A stretch of 64,000 nucleotides of DNA from Eledone cirrhosa (GCA_964016885.1 OZ024742.1:240808001-240872000), one strand, 5' to 3'; numbered from the stretch's first letter, positions 15,397 to 29,027 are shown. Translations and numbers: made by a program. The notes: generated by a model from the sequence alone, not told the origin.

Positions 15397-15454
15397 ATAC
15401 CTGATGATATCACCGGATTCATACGGAACCCGGTCATTGAAATGATCATAGTAT
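15397..15454 (+). ncRNA. Type I hammerhead ribozyme
   Basis: ATAC-CTGATGA-[stem II ACCGG/CCGGT]-GAAA-TGATCA-TA-GTAT: intact core, stem I ATAC/GTAT, palindromic stem III. Confidence 0.82.
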
Positions 15455-15876
15455 AATAAACCTTCCAAGGATTTACACCAGTCCAGCCTCCTGTTATTTT
15501 ATAATAATTAACTCCGTACTCGCACTACCAACTACACAAAAGAAGACGGGTGAGTTGCATTACGTTGAGTACTCTCCATAATATTACATCAAGATTGACC
15601 ATACGGAATGACCAATTATATCCAGTGGTGAACCAACAAACCTAAATATATATGACTTGGCAAGCTATTTAGAACACTGGTTTAACCGCTTTACTTCCCT
15701 CCGAAGAAGAGATATTATCTCGAAAATTAAGGACATTTAAATAAATCTAAGTAAAAGACTAATTGTAAACAATATCTTTTGCATTTGCATTTTTTTAATT
15801 CTATGTCCATACTTGCATTGTTTGGCTTTACAAATTCAAACGTTTATACCTAAATATAAATATATATATATATATA

Positions 15877-16070
15877 TAACGAAGGAAATGTGGTAAGGAA
15901 CCAGGTGGACCATAACGCACCAAAGTACTCAATACTTAGGGTAGTAGAGTGGGTAATAGGAACAAGTAAGACCCCGACGGCTGAGCTCAAGCCGTTTCGA
16001 CGGCTAATTCTGGACTCAGAATTAGCCGTCGAAACGGCTTGAGCTCAGCCGTCGGGGTCTTACTTGTTCC
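15877..16070 (-). mobile_element. Family D fold-back terminal fragment
   Basis: Perfect inverted arms around TGGACTCA; GAAACGGCTTGAGCTCAGCCGTC is a hammerhead GAAA-stem III-GUC half; inside (TA)n. Confidence 0.65.
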
Positions 16071-16089
16071 TATATATATATATATATTA

Positions 16090-16240
16090 TATAGACAAAA
16101 CCACGTATATGGTATAAATGTAGTCGTAGACTAATATTCTATTTAGGAAACCGAATGATTCTCGGCTTCTTATATATTTGATATATATTTATCCTTATCG
16201 AGCCTACTTTGGATTTTAGTCTTTTCAAATTTATTATTAT

Positions 16241-16295
<55 letters not shown>

Positions 16296-16320
16296 GCCAT
16301 TTATATATATACACACACAA

Positions 16321-16357
<37 letters not shown>

Positions 16358-16459
16358 CATTGATAATGGTCCGATGACTCCAAATGAGAGTTTGGAAGAA
16401 ACGATTGTCAGCTATTAAATGATTTGATCACAACTTTGATAATTGTCTAATTTATTTAT

Positions 16460-16558
<99 letters not shown>

Positions 16559-16860
16559 TTTTTTTTATTTAAATAACAGATTAAAGATTGGTTCGTGGAG
16601 ACGTCACCACGAACCAAAGTATCGTCTTCCTGTCTTCCTTCGGTTGCAACGTTTTTCGAAATATTTACTTCTGCGTTCACAGATTGATTTTTTTAGTTTC
16701 AGAAGATCCCGTTAAGGGTGAAAGCACCGATTCTTTGCTTAAACTTTAATCTGTTATTTTAATAAATATTTGCTCTACGGTTCTTATATATTTGATATAT
16801 ATTTATCATTATCGAGCCCTCTTTGGATTTTAGTCTTCAAATTTATTATTATTACTATAT
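16090..16860 (+). mobile_element. Repeat family E fragments (probable PLE terminus), two pieces split by microsatellites
   Basis: 16090-16245 and 16580-16860 share the 3' end and match 60932-61495, 4160-4230 and 55190-55285. Confidence 0.65.
16695..16745 (+). ncRNA. Hammerhead-like motif with variant core (CAGAAGA), family E
   Basis: AGTTT-CAGAAGA-TCCCgttaaGGGT-GAAA-GCA...TGC-TT-AAACT; all three stems pair. Confidence 0.6.
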
Positions 16861-17133
16861 ATATATAGTTTAAGCTATTAAGTAGTTTTATGGTTTTACT
16901 GGAGGTAAGATTTTAATGAAATTATGGTTTCTGCTTGATTAATAAGTCTAATGGGTAGATTGATACTGGAGTCGGGTCTATAACGCAAATATGGATCATG
17001 AGCCAATCAGCTGTGAAACGTATGTAACTAGTCGATGACCAATAAAACATTCATGTTAAAGTTAATATATATCCTATATATTTCTCTCTCTCTCTCTTTC
17101 TAATATATATATATATTATATTATATATATATT

Positions 17134-17221
<88 letters not shown>

Positions 17222-17222
17222 C

Positions 17223-17269
<47 letters not shown>

Positions 17270-17285
17270 CATGTATATATATATG

Positions 17286-17362
<77 letters not shown>

Positions 17363-17849
17363 GTATATATATATATATATATAATTTCACCATCTATACG
17401 ATGTAGTATAACTATTTAGATAGTAATAGCAGTATTTGCAACGTAATGTGACAGTTTCCTTTGGAATATCACTGCTTTAATGTATTATCTTTATCGATAT
17501 AATATCACTATTTGCAATGAAGTGTTCTTTGAAATGAAATATTGCTGTCTACAATATGGTATCCCTATCTACAATATAATATCATAGTGTACATTGTAAT
17601 ATTGCAATCTACGATCTAATATCATTCTGTAATATGTTATCTCACTTTGCAATATAATATCACACCACACAACATAATGTCGTTAACTGCACTGTAATAC
17701 CACTAAAACGTAATAATTCCATTAATAATATCGTATTTGAAATATGATAGGTCTATCTGTAATATCATACTCTACAATGTATCCCCACTATCTAGAATTG
17801 AATATTTCGGTTTATCATGAGATATCTCTGTATGTAATGTATTAATTAT

Positions 17850-18730
17850 CACTGTCTACAATATAATAACATTGTCTACAATATAATATCACTATCTACA
17901 ATATTATATCACCGTCAACAATATAATATCACTGTTTACAATATAATATCACTGTCTACAATATTATATCACTGTCTACAATGCAATATCACTGTCTACA
18001 AAATAATATCACTGTCTATAATATAATATCACTATCTACAATATAATATCACTATCTACAATATAATATCACTGTCTACAATATTATATCACTGTCTACA
18101 ATGCAATATCACTGTCTACAAAATAATATCACTGTCTATAATATAATATCACTATCTACAATATAATATCACTGTCTACAATATTATATCACTGTCTACA
18201 ATATTATATCACAGGTTACAATATAATATCACCGTCTACAATATAATGTCACTGTCTACAATATAATATCACCGTCTACAATATTATATCACTGTATACA
18301 GTATTATATCACCGTCTACAATATAATATCACCGTCTACAATATAATATCACCGTCTACAATATTATATCACTGTATACAGTATTATATCACTGTCTACA
18401 ATATTATATCACAGGTTACAATATAATATCACCGTCTACAATATAATGTCACTGTCTACAATATAATATCACCGTCTACAATATTATATCACTGTATACA
18501 GTATTATATCACCGTCTACAATATAATATCACCGTCTACAATATAATATCACCGTCTACAATATTATATCACTGTATACAGTATTATATCACCGTCTACA
18601 ATATAATATCACCGTCTACAATATAATATCACCGTCTACAATATTATATCACTGTATACAGTATTATATCACCGTCTACAATATAATACCACTGTCTACA
18701 ATATAATACCACTGTCTACAATATAATATA
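17850..18730. repeat. 20-bp minisatellite (ACAATATAATATCACTGTCT), about 44 units
   Basis: Exact 20-bp period is visible; degenerate units extend left to about 17400. Confidence 0.95.
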
Positions 18731-18899
18731 GGAATATCTACAGTTTAATCTCACTGTCTAAAGTAGGAAATACAGCAGTAGTTTTATCAATTTGTCCCGT
18801 GGTGTTGTAGGATCAATTGGAGACGGTCGCTTCTGACACGACCTGCTGGAAGGCGTCCCTGAGGACTCTGCACACACCACCCTCACAGGAATAAGTGGT

Positions 18900-18990
18900 A
18901 GAAGAAGAAGAAGAAGAAAAAGAAGAAGAAGAAGAAGAAGAAGAAGAAGAAGAAGAAGAAGAAGAAGAAGAAGAAGAAGAAGAAGAAGAA

Positions 18991-19022
<32 letters not shown>

Positions 19023-19470
19023 AGAAGAAGAAAATGAAGAAGAAGAAAATGAAGAAGAAGAAAATGAAGAAGAAGAAGAGGGAGGAGGAGAAGAAGAAGA
19101 AAAAGATGACGACGACGACGACGACGACAAAGAAGAAGAAGAAGACAAAGAAAAAGAAGAAGAAGACAAAGAAAGAAGAATAAGAAGACGACGACGACGA
19201 CGAAGAAGAAGAAGAAGAAGAAGAAGAAGAAGAAGAAGAAGACTACGACGACGACGACGAAGAAGAAGAAAATGAAGAAGAAGAAGAAGAAAAAGAAGAA
19301 GAAAAAGATGACGACAACGACGAAGAAGAAGAAGAAGAAGACAAAGAAAAAGAAGAAGACAAAGAAAGAAGAATAAGAAGACGACGACGACGACGACGAC
19401 GACGACGAAGAAGAAGAAGAAGAAAAAGAAGAAAAAGAAGAAGCAGCAGCAGAAGACGACAAAGAAGAAG
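18900..19470. repeat. Compound (GAA)n/(GAC)n repeat with internal block duplication
   Basis: Directly visible; the block GAAGACAAAGAAAAAGAAGAAG...GAATAAGAAGACGAC occurs twice. Confidence 0.95.
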
Positions 19471-19717
19471 TGTTTTGTTAGTTCTACTCTGCAGTGTTAC
19501 AGTGAAAAGATGATTAAGTTTGCCAATTCTTGTGGTACCAACATAAAACCTACTATAAGACAAATATATGTTTCTTGTAATCGATTGGACGATGACGTTG
19601 TTTCTCTACATCAGATATCTCCACCACGTCTCTAATGAGCGTGTAGTTGAGATATACGAATGAAAGATATATATAATTCTACTTTATCTATTGTTTTATC
19701 TGTCACGTTTCCAACGA

Positions 19718-19858
<141 letters not shown>

Positions 19859-19948
19859 GTTTCTATCTCATATATATATGTTAAGTATTTCCGAAGAAAA
19901 AGTAAAGGAAAAAAGAATGCTCTATGTATAGAACAGAGCTATTTAATT

Positions 19949-20103
19949 AGAAAGTGAACAACACAAAATATAACTACTCCATTCCATTATTTTCACTTCA
20001 TAACCCCTCTGTCTGATGAACGATCCAGACGTATGTTAATATTGTCTAGGGGGCTAAAACCTTTGGTAATGGAGTAGTTATATATTGTGTTGTTCACTTT
20101 CTA

Positions 20104-20104
<1 letters not shown>
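19949..20104 (+). mobile_element. Short fold-back fragment with degenerate hammerhead-like core
   Basis: Inverted ends of about 35 bp (TAGAAAGTGAACAACAC.../...GTGTTGTTCACTTTCTA); CCCCT..CTGATGA...GTCTAGGGG inside, GAAA missing. Confidence 0.45.
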
Positions 20105-20164
<60 letters not shown>

Positions 20165-20439
20165 GATTTCTTTAGTAACCACAAGGGTTTACATAAAGTA
20201 GACATTAAGGACAGAGCAGGACAATACAGGACGGTACAAATGGACATTTCTGCGTGTAAAAAACAAAAACAGAGGATGTAACAAAAAAATAACAATGAAA
20301 AATTCCCCAATAGAGGGGAGACTTCGGAGGGACATTTGTGGAGAAAGCCCAGTAAAAGGCCACAGTGACCCTGACCACCAAGGCAAGTGCCCTCTCCCAG
20401 TTTTCCACCTTTAATTTACAGACACATACTCAGACTAGG

Positions 20440-23400
20440 CCCATTCACTCTGGCCATTCTTGCTTCTCTCACCCATCTTTCAACAAAATGCTGGGAAGAG
20501 AGCACTTCCCTCTCTACCCTGATTTTCCTTTTCAAATGAAATTTGAAAAAGTTAATCAGGGTATCACCGAAGAGGTAAGTGCTCGTCTTCAGCCCTTACA
20601 AACGAGTCCACCATACTATCTCTTTAGCCATGGCCACCAGACAGATAAAAACTGCCTGCCCTTCCCGACTAAAGGAAGCGGGCGGGGCAATCCTCACGAT
20701 GGACTCAGCTGATAGCCGGATCCGTCCTACACGCGACAGCAGGTGTTCGACATAAACCCACAAGTCAGCAATGCTCGGACACTGGACGAGTGCGTGCAGG
20801 ACGGTTTCGTCACCCTGCGCGCATCTCGGACATACCCGGCTGACGGCACCTCCATGCCTGTAGAGTTTATCCCGAACTGGCAGCACTGCCAGGTAGCACT
20901 GCCAGGTAGCACTGCCAGGCCAGGGATTTCTGGAATTTGTCCATAGGCCCGGCCCGAAAGTTCTTCCGAAGAGATTGGCTAGTTGATTTTCGTCGACGCC
21001 TAGAGTTTCCCCAAGTACGTCGTCGCTCTTCCCCTCCACTAATCCCCTATAGAACGCCAAGGTGGAGTTTCCACCGATCACATTGCCCGATTGGTCGAGG
21101 GCTGTGAGCGCCTGAAGACATTCCAGTCACCAAGCGTTCCCTCTCGGTCTTCGCTTGACCCAGGACTGCAGCTTCGTCAAGGAGACGAGCTGGGGAAAGA
21201 CGCGTCTAGCAAACGGCGACCACACCTGATCACACTCGAGGAAGAGGTGGAGATGTCGTAGCCTGAGCGCGTGTCTGCACATCATCAGCCACGGCATGCC
21301 CAGTCCTCCACGTAGCGGGTGTGTTGACAGCAGATTGACCGCCTGACCATCGGAGCGCGTCCCTTCCACAAAAAGTGAAAGAGCAAACGCTCCAGCGCAG
21401 TCAGGCGGGGCTTAGGACAAGGTACAACGGTCAGGCGGTAGAAGATGACGGACGCGATGTACGCGTTAGCCATCTCCGCTCGACCTTTCAGGGACAGCTT
21501 CCTCTCCGCCCATTTCTGGGTGAGAGAAGCCACCCTGCTCGTCACCTCGTCCCAGTTTTTGTCCGTCTGGAGGTCCGGACCGAACCAGACCCCTAGAAAT
21601 TTAACCGGTCCGTCCGTCCAGCGCCCAACGACGCTGTTGGACGGAATGGACCTGCCTCTCCAGGTGCCGAGCTGCAGGCACACTGACTTTTCCTGGTTGA
21701 CCATTGCTCCTGTCACCGCTTCGTATTCTCTTAGTGTAGTGCCGATTGCCTCGATGTGTTTGGCGTTCGACACCACTACGGTGACATCGTCCGCATATGC
21801 TGACACGGATCTTCCGCATCCTAGTTCGCGCGGGATACTCCTCAACGTCTCCAGTTTGTGCAGTAATGGCTCGAGAGTCAATACGTACAAGAGGGACGGG
21901 AGGGGACATCCTTGGCGGACCGAGCGCATGATGTTGAACGGTTCCGAAAGGTGACCGTTCACTCTCACCACAGAGCAGATGTCGCTGTGGATGGCAGCGA
22001 TCCAGCCTCTGAAGACGGGCTCAAAGCCAGCCGCCTTCAGGACTGCCGCTAGGATACGATGGTCGACCCTATCGAAAGCTTTCGACTGATCTAAATTGAT
22101 CAAGGACCCACCAGTGCCAGGTTCCCTAGCTACCCTCTCTACGATGTATCGCATGAGATGGAGTTTGTCGTGGATGGATCTGTCGAGAATGGCGCATGTC
22201 TGCGCCTCTCCCACCAGACCACCAACGACAAGCGCCAACCTCTTTGCTAACACCTTGGCCAAAATCTTGAACTCTGTGTTTAGCAGAGTTATGGGTCTGA
22301 AATTATCTATGTTATCCCCCTTGTTCGGATCCTTTCTCAGCAGCGCCACTACTCCTCGGCTCACAGAGCTCGGAATTCTCCCGTTCTGTTGCTAGTTGCA
22401 GTAGACGTCCGCCAAGAGGCCTCCGAACAAGTCTGGCATCTGTACTTAAAGTTCAAAGGGCAGACCACCAAACCAGGCGATTTACCCCTTGTGCAGCCAG
22501 TCATTGCCTCCCGTACTTCAGCGGTTTTTATCGGCTTTTCGCAACACTCCGCCACAGTGGCCGAAAGCCGCGGCAGTCCATCGAGGTAGACACTAAAGTC
22601 CATCCCTCGACCCGGCCCGCCACTGCCCCCGAACAGTTGAGCGAAGTGTCGCTGAAAAGCTTCACACATTTTCCCGGGATCGAGTAGCATGCGCCCGTCG
22701 TGGTCCACCAAAGACCGGATCGTGGCTTTATTGCCTCGACGCGCCTCCGCCACTCGGGCCCATTGAACGGCTTTCGTCCCCTCGTGTCTGAGAGCACGCA
22801 CCCTAGCTCTGACAACGCAGCCTTCGTGCTTTGCATTGAAGAATTGGTCAAGGGCCAATTTCGCCGCAAGTACGTCGGTCGCGATGCCTTTGCTAAGCGC
22901 CTCGTCTAATTTTTTAACTAATTCTCCCTCTGCTCTATTTTTCTCTATTGCTAAAGCCTTACTAAACCTAATGGACTCTATTCTAATTGCTCTTTTCAGA
23001 GCAAACCACCACTTGTTGTTGACGATGGCCCCCGTCAACGCCCGCTTAACTAGTTCGCTAATCCGGTCTCTGTAGGCCTTGCGCGCTGGTAAGGAGGCGT
23101 TTAGCTTCCAGTAGCCGGGTCCTTGTCTATGAAGCCTATCTAAGTCAAGCACACAGATCACGAATTTGTGGTCCGTCTAGCTGACTATCTTGAATTGTGG
23201 ACAGCCTATCTATTTCCCTACAAAATACTCTATCTAGATATGATCTGGATGACCCTATGCGATTTGTCCAAGTCCACATTGGTACATTCGGGAAATCCAT
23301 TCGGTACCTGTCAGACAGTTCAAAACGCCTGAGCAGGTTGGTGAGACTCTTGCACCCTCCTTCCCTATCCGCTAATCCCACACAATCCCAGCGTGCATCT

Positions 23401-23826
23401 AAGATCCCGTTCTAGTCGCCCACTAACACTAAAGAGCGAGACGTTCCAAGAAAGGTCTCTAGACGCCGGAAGAAATCAGGCCGCCCTGCTCCTGTCGGGG
23501 CATAGACGGCCACTAACCTGAAAGCTTGCCCGTCTCCGCTGGTCACGTCCAGCACCACCAACTTACCTTCTGGGTCCAGGAAGATGGCCCGTATGGCAAG
23601 ATCCAAACCTCTCCGAAAAAGCACAGCAACTCATCCCCCTGATCCCGGACGGCTGGGAGATGCGTACACATCGTAGCCGCCGAAGATCGGTGCGAAGGCT
23701 CGTGCTTCGGAGATTCTGGTCTCGCTGATGGCCACTACATCTATGTTTAGTGACCTGAGGTCGTTGAGCAGGTGGCCCTGCTTCCATGACGACCCCAAGC
23801 CACGCGCATTTATGCTGCCTATTCTG
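20440..23826 (-). pseudogene. Tx1-type ORF2 (APE-RT-zinc domain), disrupted
   Basis: LRIGSINARGL start, VAVYAPT, SYLDRVF, PGYWKLN, RT in 21285-22364, CPRCAQGDETVLHALVQCP; several stops and frameshifts. Confidence 0.92.
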
Positions 23827-23862
23827 AGTGGAAAAGATGGTGGAAAAGATGGGAAAGACCAT

Positions 23863-25840
23863 TTACCTTACTTCTCGTAGGGGAAGGACGGTTTTTCCAT
23901 CCTTTTCACTGCTTGTGGCCTCCTCAGGAAGGATGGCCTTATAAATCCTCCTGGAGAGTGCTTGTCGGAAGTCTCCGATGTCTTTGGGGAATTTTTGTTT
24001 TAGTGTCATGTACGTTTTCTGTGTGATGCGAGTGATTTGTATGTGTGGAGGTGGTGTGAATTTTTGGGTTGTTGTGTAGTCTTTTTCTGTGATGCTGGTG
24101 TTGTGTTGGATGTAGTGTAATAATTGCTTGTTGTTCAAATTTAATGCTGTGTAGTGTGTATCGTTTTGGTTGTTTTGTTTTGTTTGCGTTTGTTGTGGGT
24201 TTGTTTCTGTTTCGCATTTTGGTGACTTTTGTGGTGTAGGTGATGGTGGTGTTGAGGTTAATGATTGTGATGGTGTTGGTGTTTGGGTTGATGGGGTTGG
24301 TGATGCTGGTGTGGATGGTGGCATATCTGTCCTAACTTTTTTGTTTGTTAATTTATTTGTTTCCCTCTGTATTTTGTTTTTGGAGGGGGAAGGAAGAGAA
24401 TTTTTTCTTTTTTGGTTTCTTTTTTTTTCCTGATACCGTTTCCCACTCCTCGTCGTCACAATCTGTCTCCAGTTGTGATAGGCCGGGGAGTGGAAAATCC
24501 TCCACAGGCGTTAGTTTTGGTTGTGGCGTGGTGGATGGTGTAAGCGCTGGTGCTAGTTCTGAAGCGTTGGGTGGTGGTGTTGGTTTTGCTGGTGGTGGTG
24601 GTGTTGGTTTTCCTACTGTTGCTGGGGTTGTTGCTGTTATAGTTGCTTCTGTTGTTGCTGCTACAGTTGTTGCTGCCATCTCTGCTACTGGTGGTGTTGA
24701 TGGTTGTGTCACTGGGGTGGGTAGGAGAGGTGGCCTCAACCTTTTAGCCTGAGGGCAGAAAGCCCTTAGGTGGGTTCCTTCACCACAAACGACACACCTA
24801 GGTCTTCTGCCCTCGACAATTACGGTGAGGTGGCTGCCGTCAGTGAGGTCTATTACCTCTGGGATCTCCTCAATGCTTTTTTGGTCCGCTTGGATCAGGA
24901 GCTCCATCCCAGATCCGGACCAGTTCTCCTGCTTTTCTTTTGCTATTGCTATTATTTTTGTGTTGGCTTCGATGCCGGCGAGGACGGCCGCTATTAGCCA
25001 GGGAATTTCGATGGCCGGTGGAACGTGGGTCACCTTGATCTTTACGAGTCTCTGGCCACAATAGCTTGGGACGAGTGTGAAGTTGTCACTTCTTAATGGG
25101 GCCATGGAGTGTTCTCTAGCCTCCTCTGGTGTTTCAAAGAACACGTCCACGGTTCCATACTTCTGCCCACGTCTGATGTGGGTTTTTCTTGCCCACACAT
25201 GTCCCAAAGCTTTTTGGATTTGGGACTCGGATGCCCGTTCCACTCGGCGCGATTTTACATTTATTGTTCGATACGACACAGTGCATAGGCGCCGATGCTC
25301 CATTTTATTAGGTGGCGGGGTGAGGCTGACCCTGTACCCATCTTTCTTTACCATTTGTTTGGCATTTTCTAAATCCTCCTGAGTTACCGTAAATGCTTCG
25401 AACTGTTTTGCTACTCTGGCAAAACTGAGCGTGGTTATTTTAATGTCATTGTTGTTGTTGTTGCTATCGTTATTTTTGTTATTATTAATTTTAGTTCCAG
25501 TTGTGGTGGTGGTGACGTCAGTGAAATTCTGTTTGGGAGAGTCCATTTTGGAAAATATTTCGACATCACGAGTTGATTTATTTTTTCCTTTTGTTTCTGT
25601 TGTCGCGGTGGTGGTGGTGGTGGTGGTTGTCGCGGTGGTGGTGGTGGTGGCGGCTTTAACACCTGCAGTCATTGGTAATGGCGGGAAATGAATGTCTGCC
25701 TGAGACAAATTTAAAATATTGCTAGTGCTTAAATTGTGTGTGTTGGCAGACGTAATATCATTTACAATGGTGGTGTTGGTGTGAGGTGTTAATTTGTGAG
25801 AAAGGCTTTCAGCTGCTTGGTGCAGTGGTGAATTAGCCAT
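23863..25840 (-). pseudogene. Tx1-type ORF1 (one frameshift in an A-run near 24425)
   Basis: 495-aa ORF 24353-25840 with RRPRCVVCGEGTHLRAFCP knuckle and Thr/Pro-rich linker; continues in the frame of 23863-24459. Confidence 0.85.
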
Positions 25841-26033
25841 TTTTTTTTCAAAGAAATTTTTTGATAATCATAAAAGTTTAAATTTTGGGCACAAGGCCCC
25901 AATCTTTTTGGGTGTCCTTTTCGGAAAACAATGTATGTGTGCTTATATATAGTTAACAATAAAAATTTTCCATAAATGGCAATTTTTAACAAACGGAAAT
26001 AACAAACATTTGCGGAGCTCACGATAATAATTT

Positions 26034-26330
26034 AACCGATACCAGGATTTAAAGTGGGAGGTAAAAAGGATTTGGAACTGCCTCGAAGTCAGAGTCGTCC
26101 CGATTGTCATAGTCGCACTAGGTACTATCTCAAAGAGTTTCCAAGGATGGTTAAAGAAAATTAGTCCAGCCCCGCTTTTTGGAACACTTCAAAATGCATG
26201 CTTGCTGGGAACAGCAAGAACCCTCCGATACGTCCTGAATATCTGAGGCTGCAGGTAGCGGCTTGATATTCATTTCAACAAACTTTCCAGTTAAATAACA
26301 TCAATGACTGAGACTCAAAGAATAATAATA
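26034..26330 (+). mobile_element. R4/Dong-type non-LTR retrotransposon 3' fragment (restriction-like endonuclease C-terminus)
   Basis: 26034-26246 translates NRYQDLKWEVKRIWNCLEVRVVPIVIVALGTI...LQNACLLGTARTLRYVLNI* (not in the ORF track); short UTR and (AAT)n tail. Confidence 0.82.
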
Positions 26331-26515
26331 ATTGTTTCTACTTCTGGCACAAGGCCAGCAATTACTCAGTGTATTACTGGTACTTTATTTTGTCGACCCC
26401 GTAAGGATGAAAGGCAAAGTTAACCTCGGCGGGATTTGAACTCAGATCATAAAGGGCCGTAACTCTTTGCTGCAAAGCATGGCGTCCGACCCTCTACCGA
26501 TACTGCCAATCCACG
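26330..26515 (-). mobile_element. SINE family A
   Basis: Full copy inserted in the (AAT)n tail of the Dong-like fragment. Confidence 0.9.
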
Positions 26516-26591
26516 GCTAGTAATAATAATAATATATATATATAACTAAATATCTCTCTCTCTATCTGCACACATACACACGTACGCACGT

Positions 26592-26780
<189 letters not shown>

Positions 26781-27672
26781 GGAAGAAAGTTATGTAGAAC
26801 AAATGAATGTACTTTTAAAGTTAGAGTAAAAGGGAATGTAAACAAAGTAAAAAGTTATTTTCAAGGGTTCAACTGTCTTTAGTCTTTAACTTTCTCTATA
26901 AATCCCTCTTTAAGGCAAACAGTGGAGTGCTAGAAAATGACGTTTTTTTTTTACCTTAATTGTCTGTCTACACTTTCACCGACTCCCATTTTAATAATTC
27001 TTTCATTTCTTTCTACATATCTTTATCCTCATTTCTCTCAGTTTTTTTTTACATATAATCTTTCATTTATTCACTCCCTCTCTCCGTTCTCTCTTATCCT
27101 TTCTTTTTCGATATTCCATCCTCTCTCCTTATCTACAAAATGGCCAGATTCGAAGGAATACGGAAATATAAACAATTGAATTTAAATAAATTTCTTGCTT
27201 CTGTGTGTGTTCGTTTTCTAATTTCTGAGTACAAAGTGGACACACACCAACAACTTCCATGTTTCTCACTCCCTCTCCGCAAAAAAACTTGATATTCGTA
27301 GTTCACTTCCATGCACACCCCATGGGGGCCCGCACCCCCACGCCCGCACCCTCCACACACTTACACACACACACTGACACACACACCGGCAAATGGCTGA
27401 GTATGTTTAGTTGGTTGAGTATATATGAATATCAGCTTTGGAAACAAACACACCCCGATGACGTCACGCACATAAATAAATTCAATTGCCTTCGCTGAAG
27501 CAGAATTTGATTTTTTTTTCTTTTTAAACCAAACACAACTATGACGATACATTGTCTCGTGATTTATATATAAAAGACTTCCACGCCTGCAAAACATATT
27601 CACACCCGGGAGTGGCAAATTAAAAGGTTAAGGTGATTATTTCAACTAAATGTTTTTTTAATTATTATTTAA

Positions 27673-28180
27673 CCCTTTCGGTGCCATGTTTCTAATGAAC
27701 GATACAGTCAATGATTTTCAAACAGTTTCGAAGATAATCAAAAATTTGGAGAGATTTACTAATATTACTAACTTTCTCATTATTAAAGTGATAATTGGAA
27801 TATAAATTAATAGACGTTTTTATATAATTGTTTCTACTTTTGGCACAAGGCCAGCCAGCAATTACTCCAGTGTATTACTGGTGCTTTATTTTAACGACCC
27901 CGTAAGGATGAAAGGCAAAGTTAACCTCGACGGGATTTGAACTCAGAACGTAAAGGGCCATAACTCTGTGAGCAAAGCATGGCGTCCGACCCTCTACCGA
28001 TATTGCCAATCCACCAGTATATAACTGCTCCAAATTCTTAATTTGTTGACCTGCTCACACTATGACTACTATTTTGCGGGATTTGAACTCAGACCATAAA
28101 GGGTTTTTTATATAATATTCTTTTGGAAGCATTTGCTTCATAGAACAAGGGCCAGTTTTGGCGTTTTGTTATCAAAAGGG
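27673..28180. mobile_element. Possible piggyBac-type MITE containing a SINE
   Basis: TTAA|CCCTTTCGGTGCCA ... TGTTATCAAAAGGG|TTTA; imperfect TIR and TSD. Confidence 0.45.
27826..28015 (-). mobile_element. SINE family A
   Basis: Full copy. Confidence 0.9.
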
Positions 28181-28341
28181 TTTATACAATCGCAAGTGAA
28201 GTTACAGTGTTTACGAAAGGAAACACGATTTATGTACGGTACAAAGGCTGAAGCCAAAATATTGTAAACACAAAGAGGGTGCGACGTATCTACTGATGTA
28301 ACTTATACGTTCTCACTGTACGCACACGCACGCGCACGCGT

Positions 28342-28429
<88 letters not shown>

Positions 28430-28430
<1 letters not shown>

Positions 28431-28648
28431 ATTGGTTTCCTATATTGGCACAAGACCAGCAAATTTTGGGGAGGGGAAAGTCGATTAAATCGACCCCAGT
28501 GAGTAACAGGTACTTTATTTTATCGACCCCGTAAGGATGAAAGGAAAAGTTAACCTCGACGGGATTTGAACTCAGATCATAAAGGGCCGTAACTCTACGT
28601 TGCAAAGCATGGTGTCCGACCCTCTGCTGATACTCCAATCCACCGCCC
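28430..28648 (-). mobile_element. SINE family A, long variant
   Basis: Carries an extra GGGGAGGGGAAAGTCGATTAAATCGACCCC segment also present in the copy at 48472-48680. Confidence 0.9.
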
Positions 28649-28983
28649 TACACACACATATATTAATAGGTTGACGAAATCACAGTACTATTAGGTTGTT
28701 CATCCAACGTATGGTGCTGCAACACCGTGCCAATCAATGTCCTGCCCAATGCTAATTGAAGTTAAACAGTTGCAGAGTATTCGGTAGTGAAGTGGCAAAA
28801 AATGAACAAATTCATCAAGGCAATCAACAATAGTTCAATATGATTCGCGACTTTACGACCATCAAATCCTCCAATAACGACATCAACGTTATTGATATAT
28901 CCCACAAATTAATTATGATCATCAACAAAATTATACAGCTAACATTAAACTATTGATAATCGGGTTAGTCAGTAAGCCCCCAC

Positions 28984-29019
<36 letters not shown>

Positions 29020-29027
<8 letters not shown>

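Larger units (their letters stand above)
14357..15850 (-). mobile_element. Probable Penelope-like element remnant with inverted pLTR-like arms
   Basis: Arms 14360-14520/15348-15500 and 14700-14757/15293-15349 are inverted copies; the longer pair carries a hammerhead in each arm. (TA)n at both ends; non-repetitive ORF 14639-15151 inside. Confidence 0.65.
20160..26022 (-). mobile_element. Near full-length L1/Tx1-type LINE
   Basis: 5' UTR, ORF1 with CCHC knuckle, ORF2 with APE, RT (VRQGCPL, AYADDV) and zinc-binding C-terminus. 3' end CCCTTGTGGTTACTAAAGAAATCA followed by a (TTA)n tail. Confidence 0.95.

Noticed and set aside
17850-18730. CRISPR-like periodicity
   Set aside because: Contiguous 20-bp units without unique spacers, in eukaryotic DNA.
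18895-19275. Poly-Glu/Asp ORF resembling an acidic protein
   Set aside because: It is a (GAA)/(GAC) microsatellite; the frame shifts into poly-Arg and there is no coding context.
20189-25691. Plus-strand and alternate-frame ORFs over the Tx1 element
   Set aside because: Antisense or shadow ORFs of the GC-richer LINE sequence.
26950-27630. Possible TTAA-type MITE with CRE/YY1-like motifs
   Set aside because: Left terminus match too weak to support.
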